Shown here piece after piece: positions 44,233-54,444 of a stretch of DNA of 64,000 bases. This DNA comes from Longimicrobiales bacterium (lineage in GTDB: Bacteria; Gemmatimonadota; Gemmatimonadetes; Longimicrobiales; Gaopeijiaceae): contig JAWLHJ010000003.1 in assembly GCA_041690395.1 (NCBI GenBank), forward strand, positions 64,001-128,000, given 5' to 3'. Each line of letters starts with the position of its first letter. Position 1 is the first letter of the stretch. The notes under the pieces are model-generated. The model made no database searches. It was not told the DNA's origin and saw only the letters and a program-made list of their open reading frames with translations. A program made the translations under genes and the position numbers.

Positions 44233-45603
44233 ATGAACGGACACATCTTCAGGCAGTACGACATCCGGGGCATCGTCGGTGAAGACCTCGACACCGATGT
44301 GACCGAGGCGGTGGGACGCGCCTTCGCGTCGAGCCTGCGCGAGGACACCGGGCTGCCGTCGCCGAAGGTGGCGGTGGGGTACGACAACCGGGACTCCTCG
44401 CCCGAGCTGGCCGCGGCGCTCATCGCGGGACTCCGCGCTTCCGGAGCCGACGTGGTCGAGATCGGCACCGTGCCGACGCCCGTCCTCTACTGGGCCGAGC
44501 AGACGCTGGGCACGGACGCGGGCATCCAGATCACGGGCTCGCACAACCCGCCCGAGTGGAACGGGATCAAGATGACCGTTCAGGCGGCGGCGCTCTTCGG
44601 AGATCAGATCACGGGGCTGCACGACCGCATTGAGCAGGGTCGCCTCCTCGACGGCTCCGGCGCGCACGAGAAGGTCGAGGTCCTGGACCGCTACGTCGAC
44701 GACGTGGTCGGACGCTTCGACCTCGCCCGCCCGATCCGCGTGGCGGTCGACTGCGGCAACGGCACGGGCTCGATCGTCGCCGAGCGGCTCCTCACCACGC
44801 TGGGCGCCGAGGTCACGCCGCTCTTCTGCGACTCCGACCCGACCTTCCCGAACCACCACCCGGACCCCACGGTCGACGAGAACCTCCAGGACCTGATCCG
44901 CGTGGTGCGCGAGAAGAAGCTCGACCTGGGCGTCGCTTTCGACGGCGACGCGGACCGGATCGGGGTGGTCGACGGCGATGGACGGATCATCCGCGGCGAC
45001 ATGCTCCTGCTCGTCTATGGGCTCGACCTCCTCGCCAAGAGGGGCCCCGGCCAGAAGCTCGTCTTCGACGTGAAGTGCTCCCAGGCGCTGCCTGAGGTGT
45101 TCGAGGCGGCGGGAGGCGAGCCGATCATGTGGAAGACCGGCCACTCCCTCATCAAGCGGAAGATGAAGGAGACCGGAGCACTCATCGCAGGCGAGCTTTC
45201 GGGTCACATCATGATCTCCGACGACTACCTCGGCTTCGACGACGCGCTCTACGACGCCTGTCGGCTGATCGACATCCTCGCGCGCTCCGATCGGACCATC
45301 GCGGAGATGGTGTCCGACTTCCCCGCCTACGTCTCTACCGCGGAGATCCGGATCGACGTGACCGAGGAGGAGAAGTGGAGCATCGTCGAGGCGGCGGTCG
45401 AGCACTTCCGTGCACTGTACGACGTCATCGACGTGGACGGCGTGCGCGTGCTCTTCGGCGACGGCTGGGCCCTGCTGAGGACCTCCAACACCCAGCCGGT
45501 GATCGTCGCGCGCTTCGAGGCGCGCACGGCCGAGCGCCTGTCGGAGATCCGTGACGAGATCGGAAGCTGGCTCGAGACGAAGGGGGTCTCGCTACCGGAG
45601 TGA
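44233..45603 (+). CDS. Phosphomannomutase/phosphoglucomutase (AlgC-like)
   Basis: FRQYDIRG, TGSHNP, FDGDADR, GELSGH, R.SNTQP. Confidence 0.95.
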   Translation: MNGHIFRQYDIRGIVGEDLDTDVTEAVGRAFASSLREDTGLPSPKVAVGYDNRDSSPELAAALIAGLRASGADVVEIGTVPTPVLYWAEQTLGTDAGIQITGSHNPPEWNGIKMTVQAAALFGDQITGLHDRIEQGRLLDGSGAHEKVEVLDRYVDDVVGRFDLARPIRVAVDCGNGTGSIVAERLLTTLGAEVTPLFCDSDPTFPNHHPDPTVDENLQDLIRVVREKKLDLGVAFDGDADRIGVVDGDGRIIRGDMLLLVYGLDLLAKRGPGQKLVFDVKCSQALPEVFEAAGGEPIMWKTGHSLIKRKMKETGALIAGELSGHIMISDDYLGFDDALYDACRLIDILARSDRTIAEMVSDFPAYVSTAEIRIDVTEEEKWSIVEAAVEHFRALYDVIDVDGVRVLFGDGWALLRTSNTQPVIVARFEARTAERLSEIRDEIGSWLETKGVSLPE

Positions 45604-45615
45604 TGGGCATGAAGC

Positions 45616-48459
45616 GTGACGCGGCCGGCCCCTCGCAGCGGACGATCTGCTGACGTGGGCGCGTTGCGGACGCTTCTCGGCACGCTGAAGGGTGGGCGAT
45701 TGGTCGTCGCGCTCCTCGTGGCGTTCGGCGTAACGCTTCTTCTCGCGCGCGTCGCGACCGCCGCGTACGTGGAGATCCTCTGGCACCAGTCGGCCGGATA
45801 CGAGGGTGTCTTCTGGCGCCGGGTCGCGTGGAGCTGGGGCACGAGGCTCGTGGCCGGCCTCGTCGTCGTCGCCGTCGTCTACGGGAACCTCCGGCTGGCC
45901 GCCGTGAGCCTCGGCGGCATCAGCATCCGGCGCCGCTTCGGCAATATCGAGATCTCCGAGCAGCTCCCGGGGAGCTACGTGTCGGGGGCCATCCTCCTGG
46001 CGGCTTCCCTCCTCGGCCTCTGGTTCGGCGCGGCCATCCCGGCCAACCTCGGCGTCCAGATCGCGGCCATGTTCGGGGCCGGCCCGTGGGGGCTCACCGA
46101 GCCGATCCTGGGCCGGGACGTGGGCTTCTACGTCTTCCAGCTTCCGGTGCTCGCGAGCGCGGTGACGTTCGCGCTGGTGGTCACCTTCCTCCTGTTCACG
46201 CTCGTCACCGCCGCGTACGCGACGACCGGCGCCATCCGGTGGATCCGGGGTCGCGTGGACGCCCAGGATCTCGCCCGCATCCACCTCGGCGCGCTCCTGG
46301 CCGTCTTCCTGGTGCTCCTCGCCTTCCGGGTGTGGCTCGGCCGCTCGCTCCTGCTCCTCGACGGAAACTCGGGGGTGCAGGGCATCTTCGGCTTCGCCGA
46401 TGCCGAGGCGCGCTTGCCGGCGCTCCAGACGCTGGTCGTCATCCTCGTCGCGGCGGCGGGAACGGTCATGTGGGGCGCATGGAAGAACCGAGGTGTCCCG
46501 ATCGTCGTCGCGCTCGTTTCGGTGATGGTCGGCGGAACCATCATCTCGCGCATCTATCCGGCCGTCGTCCAGCGCTTCCAGGTCGTGCCCAACGAGCTCG
46601 CGAGAGAGACTCCCTTCATCGAGCACAATCTCCGCTTCACGCGTATCGCCTTCGGCCTGGACGACCTGGGCCGGACCCGGTTCGCCTACCGCCCGGGCGC
46701 GAGGGTCGCGGCGTCGAGCGTGTTGGAGGGCTTCACGGGACTGCCGGTCTGGAGCCGCAGCACGCTGATGCAGAGCTTCCGCGCCATCGAGGCACGCTTC
46801 CCGTACTACGACTTCGAGGACGTGACGATCGACCGGTACGGCGACCCCGACGAGCCTACGGTGGTCGCGGTCTCCGTGCGCGAGATCGACCCGTCCGGCA
46901 TCCAGGATCCCAACTGGCAGAACCTCCACCTGCGAGATCTGTACATCCGAGGCCTGGGGACCGTGGTGAGTCGGGCCGCCTCGCGGTCCCCGGAGGCGCG
47001 CCCCGAGATGCTCCTGACCGGTATACCGGCGGAGCGCACGGAAGCGGCGGCCGGGCTGCCGCAAATCCGGATGGAGAGGCCCGAGACGTATTTCGGGTCG
47101 CAACCACAGCGCTATGCCCTCGTCGATCCCGCCGTGCACCAGCCGGAGACTCCGGAGGGCACGCTCGAGCCTCTCCCCGCCCGCGACGCGCCGATCGGGA
47201 TCGAGCTGAGCTCCCGGGCGCGTACCGCGCTGCTCGCCTGGCGCTTCCAGGACGCGAACCTGTTCTTCGCTTCCGATCTGGCCCCCGCGACGCGCTTCGT
47301 CTACAGGAGGAGTGTCGCGGAGCGGGCTCAAGCGGTCGCGCCGTTCCTCCGGTTTCCGGAACGGCCGCGAGCGGTCCTCGCGGGCGGCCGCGTGGTCTGG
47401 CTGCTCGAGGGATTCACGGGCACCCGGGCGTTCCCCTTGTCGGCCGTGCAGGAGCTCGGAACGTTCCGCTCGCAGGTGAGCTGGGTTCGCAGCTCCGTGA
47501 AGGTCACGGTCGACGCGGTCACTGGTGCCATGTCGTTCTACCGCGTTCCGGTCGAAGACCCGCTGGCGGACGCGTACGAGGCGGCCTTCCCGGGCCTCCT
47601 GAGGCCCATCGACGACATGCCCGCCGACATACGTGACCACGTGCACTACCCCTCGGCCCTGCTCGATGTGCAGGCCCGTGTCCTCCTCCAGTACCACCAG
47701 GAAACCGCCGCGGACTTCCACGGCCAGCAGGACGTCTGGGCGACCGCGCAGCAGCAGGCCGAGAGCACGAATCCGATCATCTACGCGCCGGAGTACGGAC
47801 TCTACGCTTTCCCGGGTGACGAAGCCCCTCGCTTCAACCTGACGACGGTCTTCGTCCCGGCGGGGCGTCAGAACCTCACGGGGGTGCTGGCGGGCCGCAC
47901 CGACGAGCGCGGCGTCCCGGAGCTCGATCTCCTGGACGTGGCCGTGGCCGACCAGGTGCCCGGGCCCCGCCAGATCGAGGCGCTCGCGGAGCAGGACCCC
48001 ATGATCTCGCAGCAGTTCGCGCTCTGGCGGAGCGGAGGGAGCGAGGTCTGGACCGGGCACCTTCACCTGATCCCGATCGATGGGCGGATGTTCTACCTCG
48101 AGCCGGTCTTCCTCGCCGCCGAGTCCAACGCCATTCCCGAGCTCAGGCGCTTCCTGGTCAGCGATGGCCGACGGATCGTCATGACCGAGCAGCTCGCCGA
48201 GGGCGTGCAGTTCCTGACGGGGGAGGTCACGGAGATTCCCGGAGGCGATCCGCGCGGCGCCGTCGACCCTGGGCCGGCGGGGCGGGAAACGTGGCCGGAA
48301 GAGGCGCTCCGCCTCCTGGAGCAGGCAGACGCCCGGGCGCGTGCCGGTGATTGGGAAGGCTACGGCGCCGCGCTTTCGGCGCTCCGTGACTTCCTCGAAG
48401 GGATCCGGGTGTCGCCGGGATCGGCGCCCGCCGTTGATCGACCTCCGGGGCTCTGGTAG
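45616..48459 (+). CDS. UPF0182 family membrane protein
   Basis: N-terminal TM bundle, DVGFYVFQLP, VVPNEL.RE.PFI..N...TR.AFGL, DVTIDRY, SVKVTVDA..G, HVHYP, YLEPVFL. Confidence 0.88.
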   Translation: MTRPAPRSGRSADVGALRTLLGTLKGGRLVVALLVAFGVTLLLARVATAAYVEILWHQSAGYEGVFWRRVAWSWGTRLVAGLVVVAVVYGNLRLAAVSLGGISIRRRFGNIEISEQLPGSYVSGAILLAASLLGLWFGAAIPANLGVQIAAMFGAGPWGLTEPILGRDVGFYVFQLPVLASAVTFALVVTFLLFTLVTAAYATTGAIRWIRGRVDAQDLARIHLGALLAVFLVLLAFRVWLGRSLLLLDGNSGVQGIFGFADAEARLPALQTLVVILVAAAGTVMWGAWKNRGVPIVVALVSVMVGGTIISRIYPAVVQRFQVVPNELARETPFIEHNLRFTRIAFGLDDLGRTRFAYRPGARVAASSVLEGFTGLPVWSRSTLMQSFRAIEARFPYYDFEDVTIDRYGDPDEPTVVAVSVREIDPSGIQDPNWQNLHLRDLYIRGLGTVVSRAASRSPEARPEMLLTGIPAERTEAAAGLPQIRMERPETYFGSQPQRYALVDPAVHQPETPEGTLEPLPARDAPIGIELSSRARTALLAWRFQDANLFFASDLAPATRFVYRRSVAERAQAVAPFLRFPERPRAVLAGGRVVWLLEGFTGTRAFPLSAVQELGTFRSQVSWVRSSVKVTVDAVTGAMSFYRVPVEDPLADAYEAAFPGLLRPIDDMPADIRDHVHYPSALLDVQARVLLQYHQETAADFHGQQDVWATAQQQAESTNPIIYAPEYGLYAFPGDEAPRFNLTTVFVPAGRQNLTGVLAGRTDERGVPELDLLDVAVADQVPGPRQIEALAEQDPMISQQFALWRSGGSEVWTGHLHLIPIDGRMFYLEPVFLAAESNAIPELRRFLVSDGRRIVMTEQLAEGVQFLTGEVTEIPGGDPRGAVDPGPAGRETWPEEALRLLEQADARARAGDWEGYGAALSALRDFLEGIRVSPGSAPAVDRPPGLW

Positions 48460-48462
48460 GTT
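48434..48462 (+). promoter_or_regulatory. Possible sigma70 promoter for sucCD
   Basis: TTGATC-17 bp-TAGGTT with extended -10 TG; same -10 hexamer as the tRNA promoter. Confidence 0.5.
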
Positions 48463-48540
48463 CTACCGTCTTTTTCCGCGTCTCGTGGGCCGGTCCGGCG
48501 CATGAGGGCGCACCTCCTCGATCCACCGATCCAAGCGCGC

Positions 48541-49677
48541 ATGAACATCCACGAGTATCAGGCGAAAGAGCTCTTCCGGGCGGCCGGGATCCCGGTCCCC
48601 CCGGGCGAGATCGCCACGTCACCGGCGGACGCCGAGGCCATCGCCAAGAAGTACGGTGGCATGGTCGTCGTGAAGGCACAGGTCCACTCCGGCGGCCGCG
48701 GGAAGGCCGGAGGCGTGAAGCTGGCCAAGACTGCCGCCGAGGCGCGGGAGCACGCGGAGAACATCCTGGGGATGGAGATCAGCGGTCTCACCGTCGAGAA
48801 GGTGCTCGTGACGCCGGCCGAGGACATCGAGACCGAGGCCTACGTCGGCGTGCTCGTGGACCGGAAGAAGCAGGCCGCGACCTTCATGGTCTCGGCCGAG
48901 GGCGGGGTGGACATCGAGGAAGTCGCGCATTCGAACCCGGACGCCATCCGGACGTTCACGGTGGATCCGCGCTACGGACTCCTCCCGCACCAGGCGCTCT
49001 GGCTGGCCAACACGCTCTACGACGATCCGAAGCTGATGAAGCAGGCCAGCAAGATCATCGGCCAGCTCTACACGGCGTTCGTCGACGGGGGCTGCTCCAT
49101 GGCCGAGATCAACCCGCTCATCACCACGCCCACGGGTGAGGTGAAGGCGATCGACGCCAAGGTCACCATCGACGGCAACGAGCTCTTCCGCCGTCCGAAG
49201 GTCGCCGAGATGCGCGACAGCTCCGCCGAGCCGCCCTCGGAGACGAAGGCGCGCGAGGCCGGGCTCTCGTACGTGAAGCTCGACGGCAACGTCGGCTGCT
49301 GCGTGAACGGTGCCGGGCTCGCCATGGCGACCATGGATCTCGTGAAGTATTACGGCGGAGAGCCGGCCAACTTCCTGGACATCGGTGGCTCGTCCAATCC
49401 GGACAAGGTGGTCTCGGCACTCGAGATCATCACGTCCGATCCGAACGTGAAGGTCATCCTCTTCAACATCTTCGGCGGCATCACCCGCTGCGACGACGTC
49501 GCGAACGGGATCGTCGAGGCCACGAAGCGTATCGACATCCAGATCCCGATCGTGATCCGTCTGACGGGCACGAACGAAGAGAAAGCACTCGAGATCCTCG
49601 CCGACGCCGGCTTCTCCGCGTACACGTCCATGGACGAGGTCGTCGAGAAGGCCGTCGAGCTGGCGGGGGAGGCGTAA
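48541..49677 (+). CDS. sucC: Succinyl-CoA synthetase beta subunit
   Basis: [52 protein letters not shown]. Confidence 0.98.
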   Translation: MNIHEYQAKELFRAAGIPVPPGEIATSPADAEAIAKKYGGMVVVKAQVHSGGRGKAGGVKLAKTAAEAREHAENILGMEISGLTVEKVLVTPAEDIETEAYVGVLVDRKKQAATFMVSAEGGVDIEEVAHSNPDAIRTFTVDPRYGLLPHQALWLANTLYDDPKLMKQASKIIGQLYTAFVDGGCSMAEINPLITTPTGEVKAIDAKVTIDGNELFRRPKVAEMRDSSAEPPSETKAREAGLSYVKLDGNVGCCVNGAGLAMATMDLVKYYGGEPANFLDIGGSSNPDKVVSALEIITSDPNVKVILFNIFGGITRCDDVANGIVEATKRIDIQIPIVIRLTGTNEEKALEILADAGFSAYTSMDEVVEKAVELAGEA

Positions 49678-49680
49678 CCG

Positions 49681-50565
49681 ATGGCCATCTTCATCGATAA
49701 AGACACAAAGCTCGTCGTCCAGGGCATCACCGGCCGCGACGGATCCTTCCACACCACCCAGATGATCGAGTACGGGACACAGGTCGTCGCGGGCGTGACG
49801 CCCGGCAAGGGCGGTCAGACGTTCGACGGGCCGGGTGGCAAGGACGTTCCGATCTTCGACTGCATGGACGAAGCCGTCGAGGCGACCGGAGCCAACACCT
49901 CCGTCATCTACGTGCCGCCGGCCTTCGCGGCCAGCGCGATCATGGAGGCCGTGGACAGCGGCGTGGACCTGGTGGTCGCGATCACCGAGGGCGTGCCCGT
50001 GCTCGACATGGCTCGGGCGCACGCCTTCGCGCACGACCGCGGAGTCCGGATCCTCGGGCCGAACTGCCCGGGGCTCCTCTCGCCCGGGAAGTCCAAGGTG
50101 GGCATTCTACCCGCTCAGATCGTGACCGAGGGTCCGATCGGGGTCGTGTCGCGGTCGGGTACGCTGACGTACGAGGCGGTTTTCCAGCTCACCAGCGTGG
50201 GCCTCGGACAGACCACGTGCGTGGGCATCGGCGGCGACCCGCTCATCGGCACGAACTTCATCGACTGCCTCGAGGCGTTCGAGGCCGATCCGGACACGAA
50301 GGCCGTCGTCATGATCGGCGAGATCGGCGGGACGGACGAGCAGGAGGCCGCCGAGTACGTGAAGGCGAACATGTCGAAGCCGGTAGTCGGCTTCATCGCC
50401 GGCCAGACGGCGCCTCCCGGCCGCCAGATGGGACACGCGGGGGCGATCATCAGTGGCGCCGCGGGCACGGCCGAGGAGAAGATGAAGGCGTTCGAGGACA
50501 ACGGGATCGCGGTCGCCAAGCGTCCCAAGGACATCGTGGGTCTCATTCAGGACGCCCTGGCCTGA
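49681..50565 (+). CDS. sucD: Succinyl-CoA synthetase alpha subunit
   Basis: [31 protein letters not shown]. Confidence 0.98.
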   Translation: MAIFIDKDTKLVVQGITGRDGSFHTTQMIEYGTQVVAGVTPGKGGQTFDGPGGKDVPIFDCMDEAVEATGANTSVIYVPPAFAASAIMEAVDSGVDLVVAITEGVPVLDMARAHAFAHDRGVRILGPNCPGLLSPGKSKVGILPAQIVTEGPIGVVSRSGTLTYEAVFQLTSVGLGQTTCVGIGGDPLIGTNFIDCLEAFEADPDTKAVVMIGEIGGTDEQEAAEYVKANMSKPVVGFIAGQTAPPGRQMGHAGAIISGAAGTAEEKMKAFEDNGIAVAKRPKDIVGLIQDALA

Positions 50566-50583
50566 CCGGGCAATTTAGGGAGC

Positions 50584-50615
50584 GCCGCCCCCGGGCCTCA
50601 CGGTCCGGGGGCGGT
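50584..50615 (+). terminator. GC-rich hairpin after sucD
   Basis: GCCGCCCCCGGGCC-TCAC-GGTCCGGGGGCGGT; no U-tract. Confidence 0.45.
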
Positions 50616-50626
50616 GGCCTGCCAAC

Positions 50627-51085
50627 ATGAACGAAGACGTTCGCGTAGAGCACGCGCTGACCAGCATCAGCTACCGGGTGTATCCGGACACTCCGTTCGC
50701 GGAGATCCTGGACCTCATGGTGCGGCGGCAGCTGCATGCGGTGCCCGTGGTGGGGGAGGACTACGAGGTCCTCGGCATCATCACGACCGGGGACGCTCTC
50801 CAGACGGTGCTCCGCCGGTCGCGGGGCGCCGCTCCGGGGCAGGGGAAGCCCGGCGAAGGTTTGGTGGCGCGGGACGTCATGACGCGGACCGTCCTGTGCG
50901 TCTCCGAGGATCAGCTCCTCACCGAGGCGGCCCAGATGATGGCCAACCGCGACGTCGAGCAGCTTCCGGTCGTCCGGGACGGCTCGCTCGTCGGCTTCCT
51001 TACCAGAGATTCCGTGCTTCAGGCCCTCCACGGGGGGGACCGCACGTCAACCGAATCCGATTCAACAGAAGAAGGGGAACCATGA
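50627..51085 (+). CDS. Stand-alone CBS-pair protein
   Basis: AVPVV...LGIITTGD; ARDVMT; LPVV...LVGFLTRD. Confidence 0.88.
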   Translation: MNEDVRVEHALTSISYRVYPDTPFAEILDLMVRRQLHAVPVVGEDYEVLGIITTGDALQTVLRRSRGAAPGQGKPGEGLVARDVMTRTVLCVSEDQLLTEAAQMMANRDVEQLPVVRDGSLVGFLTRDSVLQALHGGDRTSTESDSTEEGEP

Positions 51086-51507
51086 GCCACACCCTGGCCA
51101 TCATCAAGCCGGACGCGGTCGAGGCCGGCAAGGCCGGCAAGATCCTGGCCCACCTCGAGGGCGCGGGCTTCGCCGTGCGTGCGATGCGGCTCGCCCGTCT
51201 CGACATCGAGCAGGCGCGGGCGTTCTACGCTGTTCACGAGGGACGGCCGTTCTACGACGAGCTCGTCGAGTTCATGACATCCGGCCCCGTGATTCCCATG
51301 GTCCTGGAGGCGAGCGACGCCGTGCCGCGTCTAAGGGAGACCATCGGCGCCACCGATCCGGCCGAGGCCGCCGAGGGCACCGTACGCAAGCTCTACGCCG
51401 AGTCCAAGGGGCGGAACGCCATTCACGCCTCCGACTCGGACGAAAACGCCAGGAACGAGATCGCGTTTTTCTTCAGCGAGGCCGAGCGTATTCGCCTTGC
51501 GCGCTGA
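51082..51507 (+). CDS. ndk: Nucleoside diphosphate kinase
   Basis: TLAIIKPDA, FYAVH, FMTSGP, GATDP, NAIHASDS. Confidence 0.97.
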   Translation: MSHTLAIIKPDAVEAGKAGKILAHLEGAGFAVRAMRLARLDIEQARAFYAVHEGRPFYDELVEFMTSGPVIPMVLEASDAVPRLRETIGATDPAEAAEGTVRKLYAESKGRNAIHASDSDENARNEIAFFFSEAERIRLAR

Positions 51508-51511
51508 GCGG

Positions 51512-51539
51512 TAGACATTTGCGCTCGTATCGCTAGCTT
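51512..51539 (+). promoter_or_regulatory. Possible sigma70 promoter for the yceD-rpmF-fab operon
   Basis: TAGACA-16 bp-TAGCTT just upstream of the yceD ATG. Confidence 0.35.
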
Positions 51540-51547
51540 TCAGGACT

Positions 51548-52063
51548 ATGCTCGAGGTCTCACTGGGTCAGCTGCACCGCGAAGGCAGCGTCGAAGTCGA
51601 TGCGCGGGTGCCGCCTGACGATCCCATGTGGGACGGGATGCAGCCGGCGTGGGCCGATACCGTGGAGGCCTACTTCAAGGTCTCGTCCGCGGGGTCGGGA
51701 GAGGTCATCGCCCGGGGGCGTGTGCACGGAACGCTGGCGCAGGCGTGCCGGCGCTGTCTCGAGCCGTTGGAGCGAGAGTTCGACGAAGAGCTGACGCTCG
51801 TGTTCGTCGATGAAGAGGATATCGAGGATGGGGACGACGTCGGGGAGACCCACATCATCCGTCCCACGGACTCGAAGCTGGATCTGAGTGGCGCGGTGCG
51901 CGAGGAGGTGTTCCTCGCGATCGAGCCTTACGTTGTGTGTGACCCGGAGTGCAAGGGACTTTGCCCGGAGTGCGGTACGAACCTGAACGAGGGTTCTTGC
52001 TCGTGCGTGCGGGAGGAAGTCGACCCGCGCTGGGATGCGCTCAGGAAGCTCAAGGAGAAGTGA
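51548..52063 (+). CDS. yceD: DUF177 / YceD family protein
   Basis: CRRCL, LC-type C..C KGLCPECG.NLN, DPRW..L; located upstream of rpmF. Confidence 0.93.
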   Translation: MLEVSLGQLHREGSVEVDARVPPDDPMWDGMQPAWADTVEAYFKVSSAGSGEVIARGRVHGTLAQACRRCLEPLEREFDEELTLVFVDEEDIEDGDDVGETHIIRPTDSKLDLSGAVREEVFLAIEPYVVCDPECKGLCPECGTNLNEGSCSCVREEVDPRWDALRKLKEK

Positions 52064-52072
52064 CAAGAAGCC

Positions 52073-52255
52073 ATGGCCGTTCCAAAGAAGCGTACGTCGA
52101 AGCAGCGCAAGCGTAAGCGTCGGACCCACTACAAGGCCGAGGGCGTCACCGTCCATTCGTGCCCGAAGTGCTCCGACCCGAAGCTACCCCATCGGGTCTG
52201 CCCGAGCTGCGGGCACTACAGGGACACCCAGGTCCTCGACGTCGAGATCGACTGA
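52073..52255 (+). CDS. rpmF: 50S ribosomal protein L32 (zinc-ribbon form)
   Basis: MAVPKKRTSK; CPKC...HRVCPSCGHY. Confidence 0.98.
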   Translation: MAVPKKRTSKQRKRKRRTHYKAEGVTVHSCPKCSDPKLPHRVCPSCGHYRDTQVLDVEID

Positions 52256-52408
52256 TAACGGCACCGCGCGCTCGGCTCCGCCGCGGGCCGGGAAGGCGAG
52301 GCGTCGAGGCCGTTCGGCCCGTCGCCGACGCATGCGCGGAAACCCTCCTGGCCCAGGCCGGTGAGGGTGTCTTCATGATCGCCTCCACTCGATAACCGGG
52401 ACGGATCC

Positions 52409-53401
52409 GTGCGAATCGTACTCGACGCGATGGGCACCGACGACGCTCCGAAGGCCGAGGTCGCCGGTGCGCTCGAAGCCCTGCGTACCTTCGAGGAAGA
52501 CGTCGAAGTGGTCCTCGTCGGCGACCAGGCCGTGATCGAGGCCGAGATCGCCCGGCATGGCGAGCGGCCCGAGCGACTGCTCGTCCATCACGCGCCAGAG
52601 CGTGTTACAGCCGAGGACCCACCGGCATCGGTGCTCCGCCGCAAGCCCGACTCGTCCATCGCGGTCGGCTTGCGCCTGCACCAATCCGGGGAGGGTGACG
52701 CCTTCGTCAGCGCCGGGTCGACCGGCGCCGTGATGGCGTCCTCCCTCTTCATCCTGCGCCCCCTTCCCGGGGTGGCGAGACCGGCGATCGGCACGATCCT
52801 CCCGACGTCCGACCAGCCCTGCCTGCTCGTCGACGCCGGAGCGAACGTCGACTGCAAGCCCCAGCACCTGGTGCAGTTCGCCCGCCTCGGGCACACCTAT
52901 TCGCAGGATCTCATGGGCCGGGAGAACCCGCGCATCGGGCTGCTCAACATCGGTGAAGAGCCGGGGAAAGGCGACGAGCTGACCGTCGAGACGCACCGTC
53001 TCCTGAGCGAGCAGAAGGGCATGAACTTCATCGGCAACATCGAGGGGCGGGACATCATCCGTGGCGCGTGCGACGTCGTGGTCTGCGACGGCTTCGTCGG
53101 GAACGTGCTGCTCAAGTTCTACGAGTCGGTCGCCGCCTTCATCGTGGGGCTCCTCAAGAAGGAGCTGAAGGAGCTCGGCGACCGGGGACAGGACCTCGAG
53201 CACGTCTTCCGCGTCCTCGACTACGCCGAGTACGGGGGTGCCCCGTTGCTCGGTGTGGGTGGAGTCTCGATCATCTGTCACGGCGGATCGCCTCCGAAGG
53301 CGATCCGGAATGCCCTGGCGGTCGCCGCGCGCGCGGTGCGGTCGGGAATGGTGCGACACAGCGCCCGCAACCTCTCAGAGGCCGTCGACGCGAAGGAGTG
53401 A
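52409..53401 (+). CDS. plsX: Phosphate acyltransferase PlsX
   Basis: LDAMGTD, SAGSTGA, DAGAN, LLNIGEE..KG, GNIEG, DGFVGN, GAPLLG. Confidence 0.97.
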   Translation: MRIVLDAMGTDDAPKAEVAGALEALRTFEEDVEVVLVGDQAVIEAEIARHGERPERLLVHHAPERVTAEDPPASVLRRKPDSSIAVGLRLHQSGEGDAFVSAGSTGAVMASSLFILRPLPGVARPAIGTILPTSDQPCLLVDAGANVDCKPQHLVQFARLGHTYSQDLMGRENPRIGLLNIGEEPGKGDELTVETHRLLSEQKGMNFIGNIEGRDIIRGACDVVVCDGFVGNVLLKFYESVAAFIVGLLKKELKELGDRGQDLEHVFRVLDYAEYGGAPLLGVGGVSIICHGGSPPKAIRNALAVAARAVRSGMVRHSARNLSEAVDAKE

Positions 53402-53405
53402 CGAC

Positions 53406-54398
53406 ATGAAGAAGCCAACCCCGATGGTCGAGATCGCCGCGACCGGCCGCTTCCTGCCGGAGCAGAGGGTCACCAACGACGATCTGACCAAGCTCTTCGA
53501 CACCTCGGACGAGTGGATCCGGACCCGTACGGGCATCAGCGAGCGGCGCATCGCTCCGAAGGAGATGGCCGCTGCGCACATGGGCTCGGAGGCCGCGAGG
53601 AAAGCGATGGCGAAGGCCGGGGTCGAGCCGGGCGAGATCGACATTCTCATTCTCTCGACCGCCACGCCGGACCGGCTCCTGCCGTCCACGGCCTGCGACG
53701 TCCAGGCGATCCTGGGCTGCAACAACGCCGTGGCCTTCGACATCAGCGCCGCGTGCACCGGCTTCATCTACGGTGTCAGCATGGCCGAGGGGTATCTCGC
53801 CGCGAACCGCGGCGACGTGGCCCTCGTCGTGTCGACCGAGAAGATGAGCGCCATCCTCGACTGGGAAGACCGCTCGACCGCGGTCCTCTTCGGGGACGGG
53901 GCCGCGGCGGCGGTGCTGCGTCGGAGTAACGGCGAGCGCGGGATCCTTGCGAGCCACCTCCGCTCGGACGGGAATCTGGCCGAACTCCTCTACCGTCCGG
54001 CGGGCGGCGCGATGGAGCCCATGAGCGAGGACGTGCTCGCCGGTCGGCGGCACCTGATGCGCATGGAGGGCCGTGAGATCTTCAAGAACGCCGTCCGGTC
54101 CATGGCCGAGGGGTGCGACATCGCCCTCCAGAAGGCGGGACTGACGGCGGACGACGTGAAGCTCCTCGTGCCGCACCAGGCGAACATCCGCATCATCCAG
54201 TCGACGGCCAAGTACGCCGGCATTCCCATGGAGCGCGTCTACGTCAACGTCGACCGCTACGGGAACATGAGCTCGGCGTCGCTGCCCGTCGCACTGGACG
54301 AAGCGCAGGAGGAAGGACGCATCCAGAGCGGCGACAACATCCTTGCGGTCGCGTTCGGCGCGGGCCTGACCTGGGGCGCGCTGGCCATGCGCTGGTAA
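53406..54398 (+). CDS. fabH: Beta-ketoacyl-ACP synthase III
   Basis: DTSDEWIRTRTGI, AACTGF, LFGDGA, PHQANIRI, YGNMSSAS, FGAGLTWG. Confidence 0.97.
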   Translation: MKKPTPMVEIAATGRFLPEQRVTNDDLTKLFDTSDEWIRTRTGISERRIAPKEMAAAHMGSEAARKAMAKAGVEPGEIDILILSTATPDRLLPSTACDVQAILGCNNAVAFDISAACTGFIYGVSMAEGYLAANRGDVALVVSTEKMSAILDWEDRSTAVLFGDGAAAAVLRRSNGERGILASHLRSDGNLAELLYRPAGGAMEPMSEDVLAGRRHLMRMEGREIFKNAVRSMAEGCDIALQKAGLTADDVKLLVPHQANIRIIQSTAKYAGIPMERVYVNVDRYGNMSSASLPVALDEAQEEGRIQSGDNILAVAFGAGLTWGALAMRW

Positions 54399-54444
54399 CA
54401 CTACCGACGCGCGGCCCGCCCCACTTCCTCAACACCCTTCCAGC

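Noticed and set aside
45592..48066. Very long antisense or alternate-frame ORFs (e.g. 824 aa here, 576 aa at 1218-2948, 605 aa at 61677-63494)
   Set aside because: Shadow ORFs expected from high GC3 bias opposite well-supported genes; no recognisable motifs.
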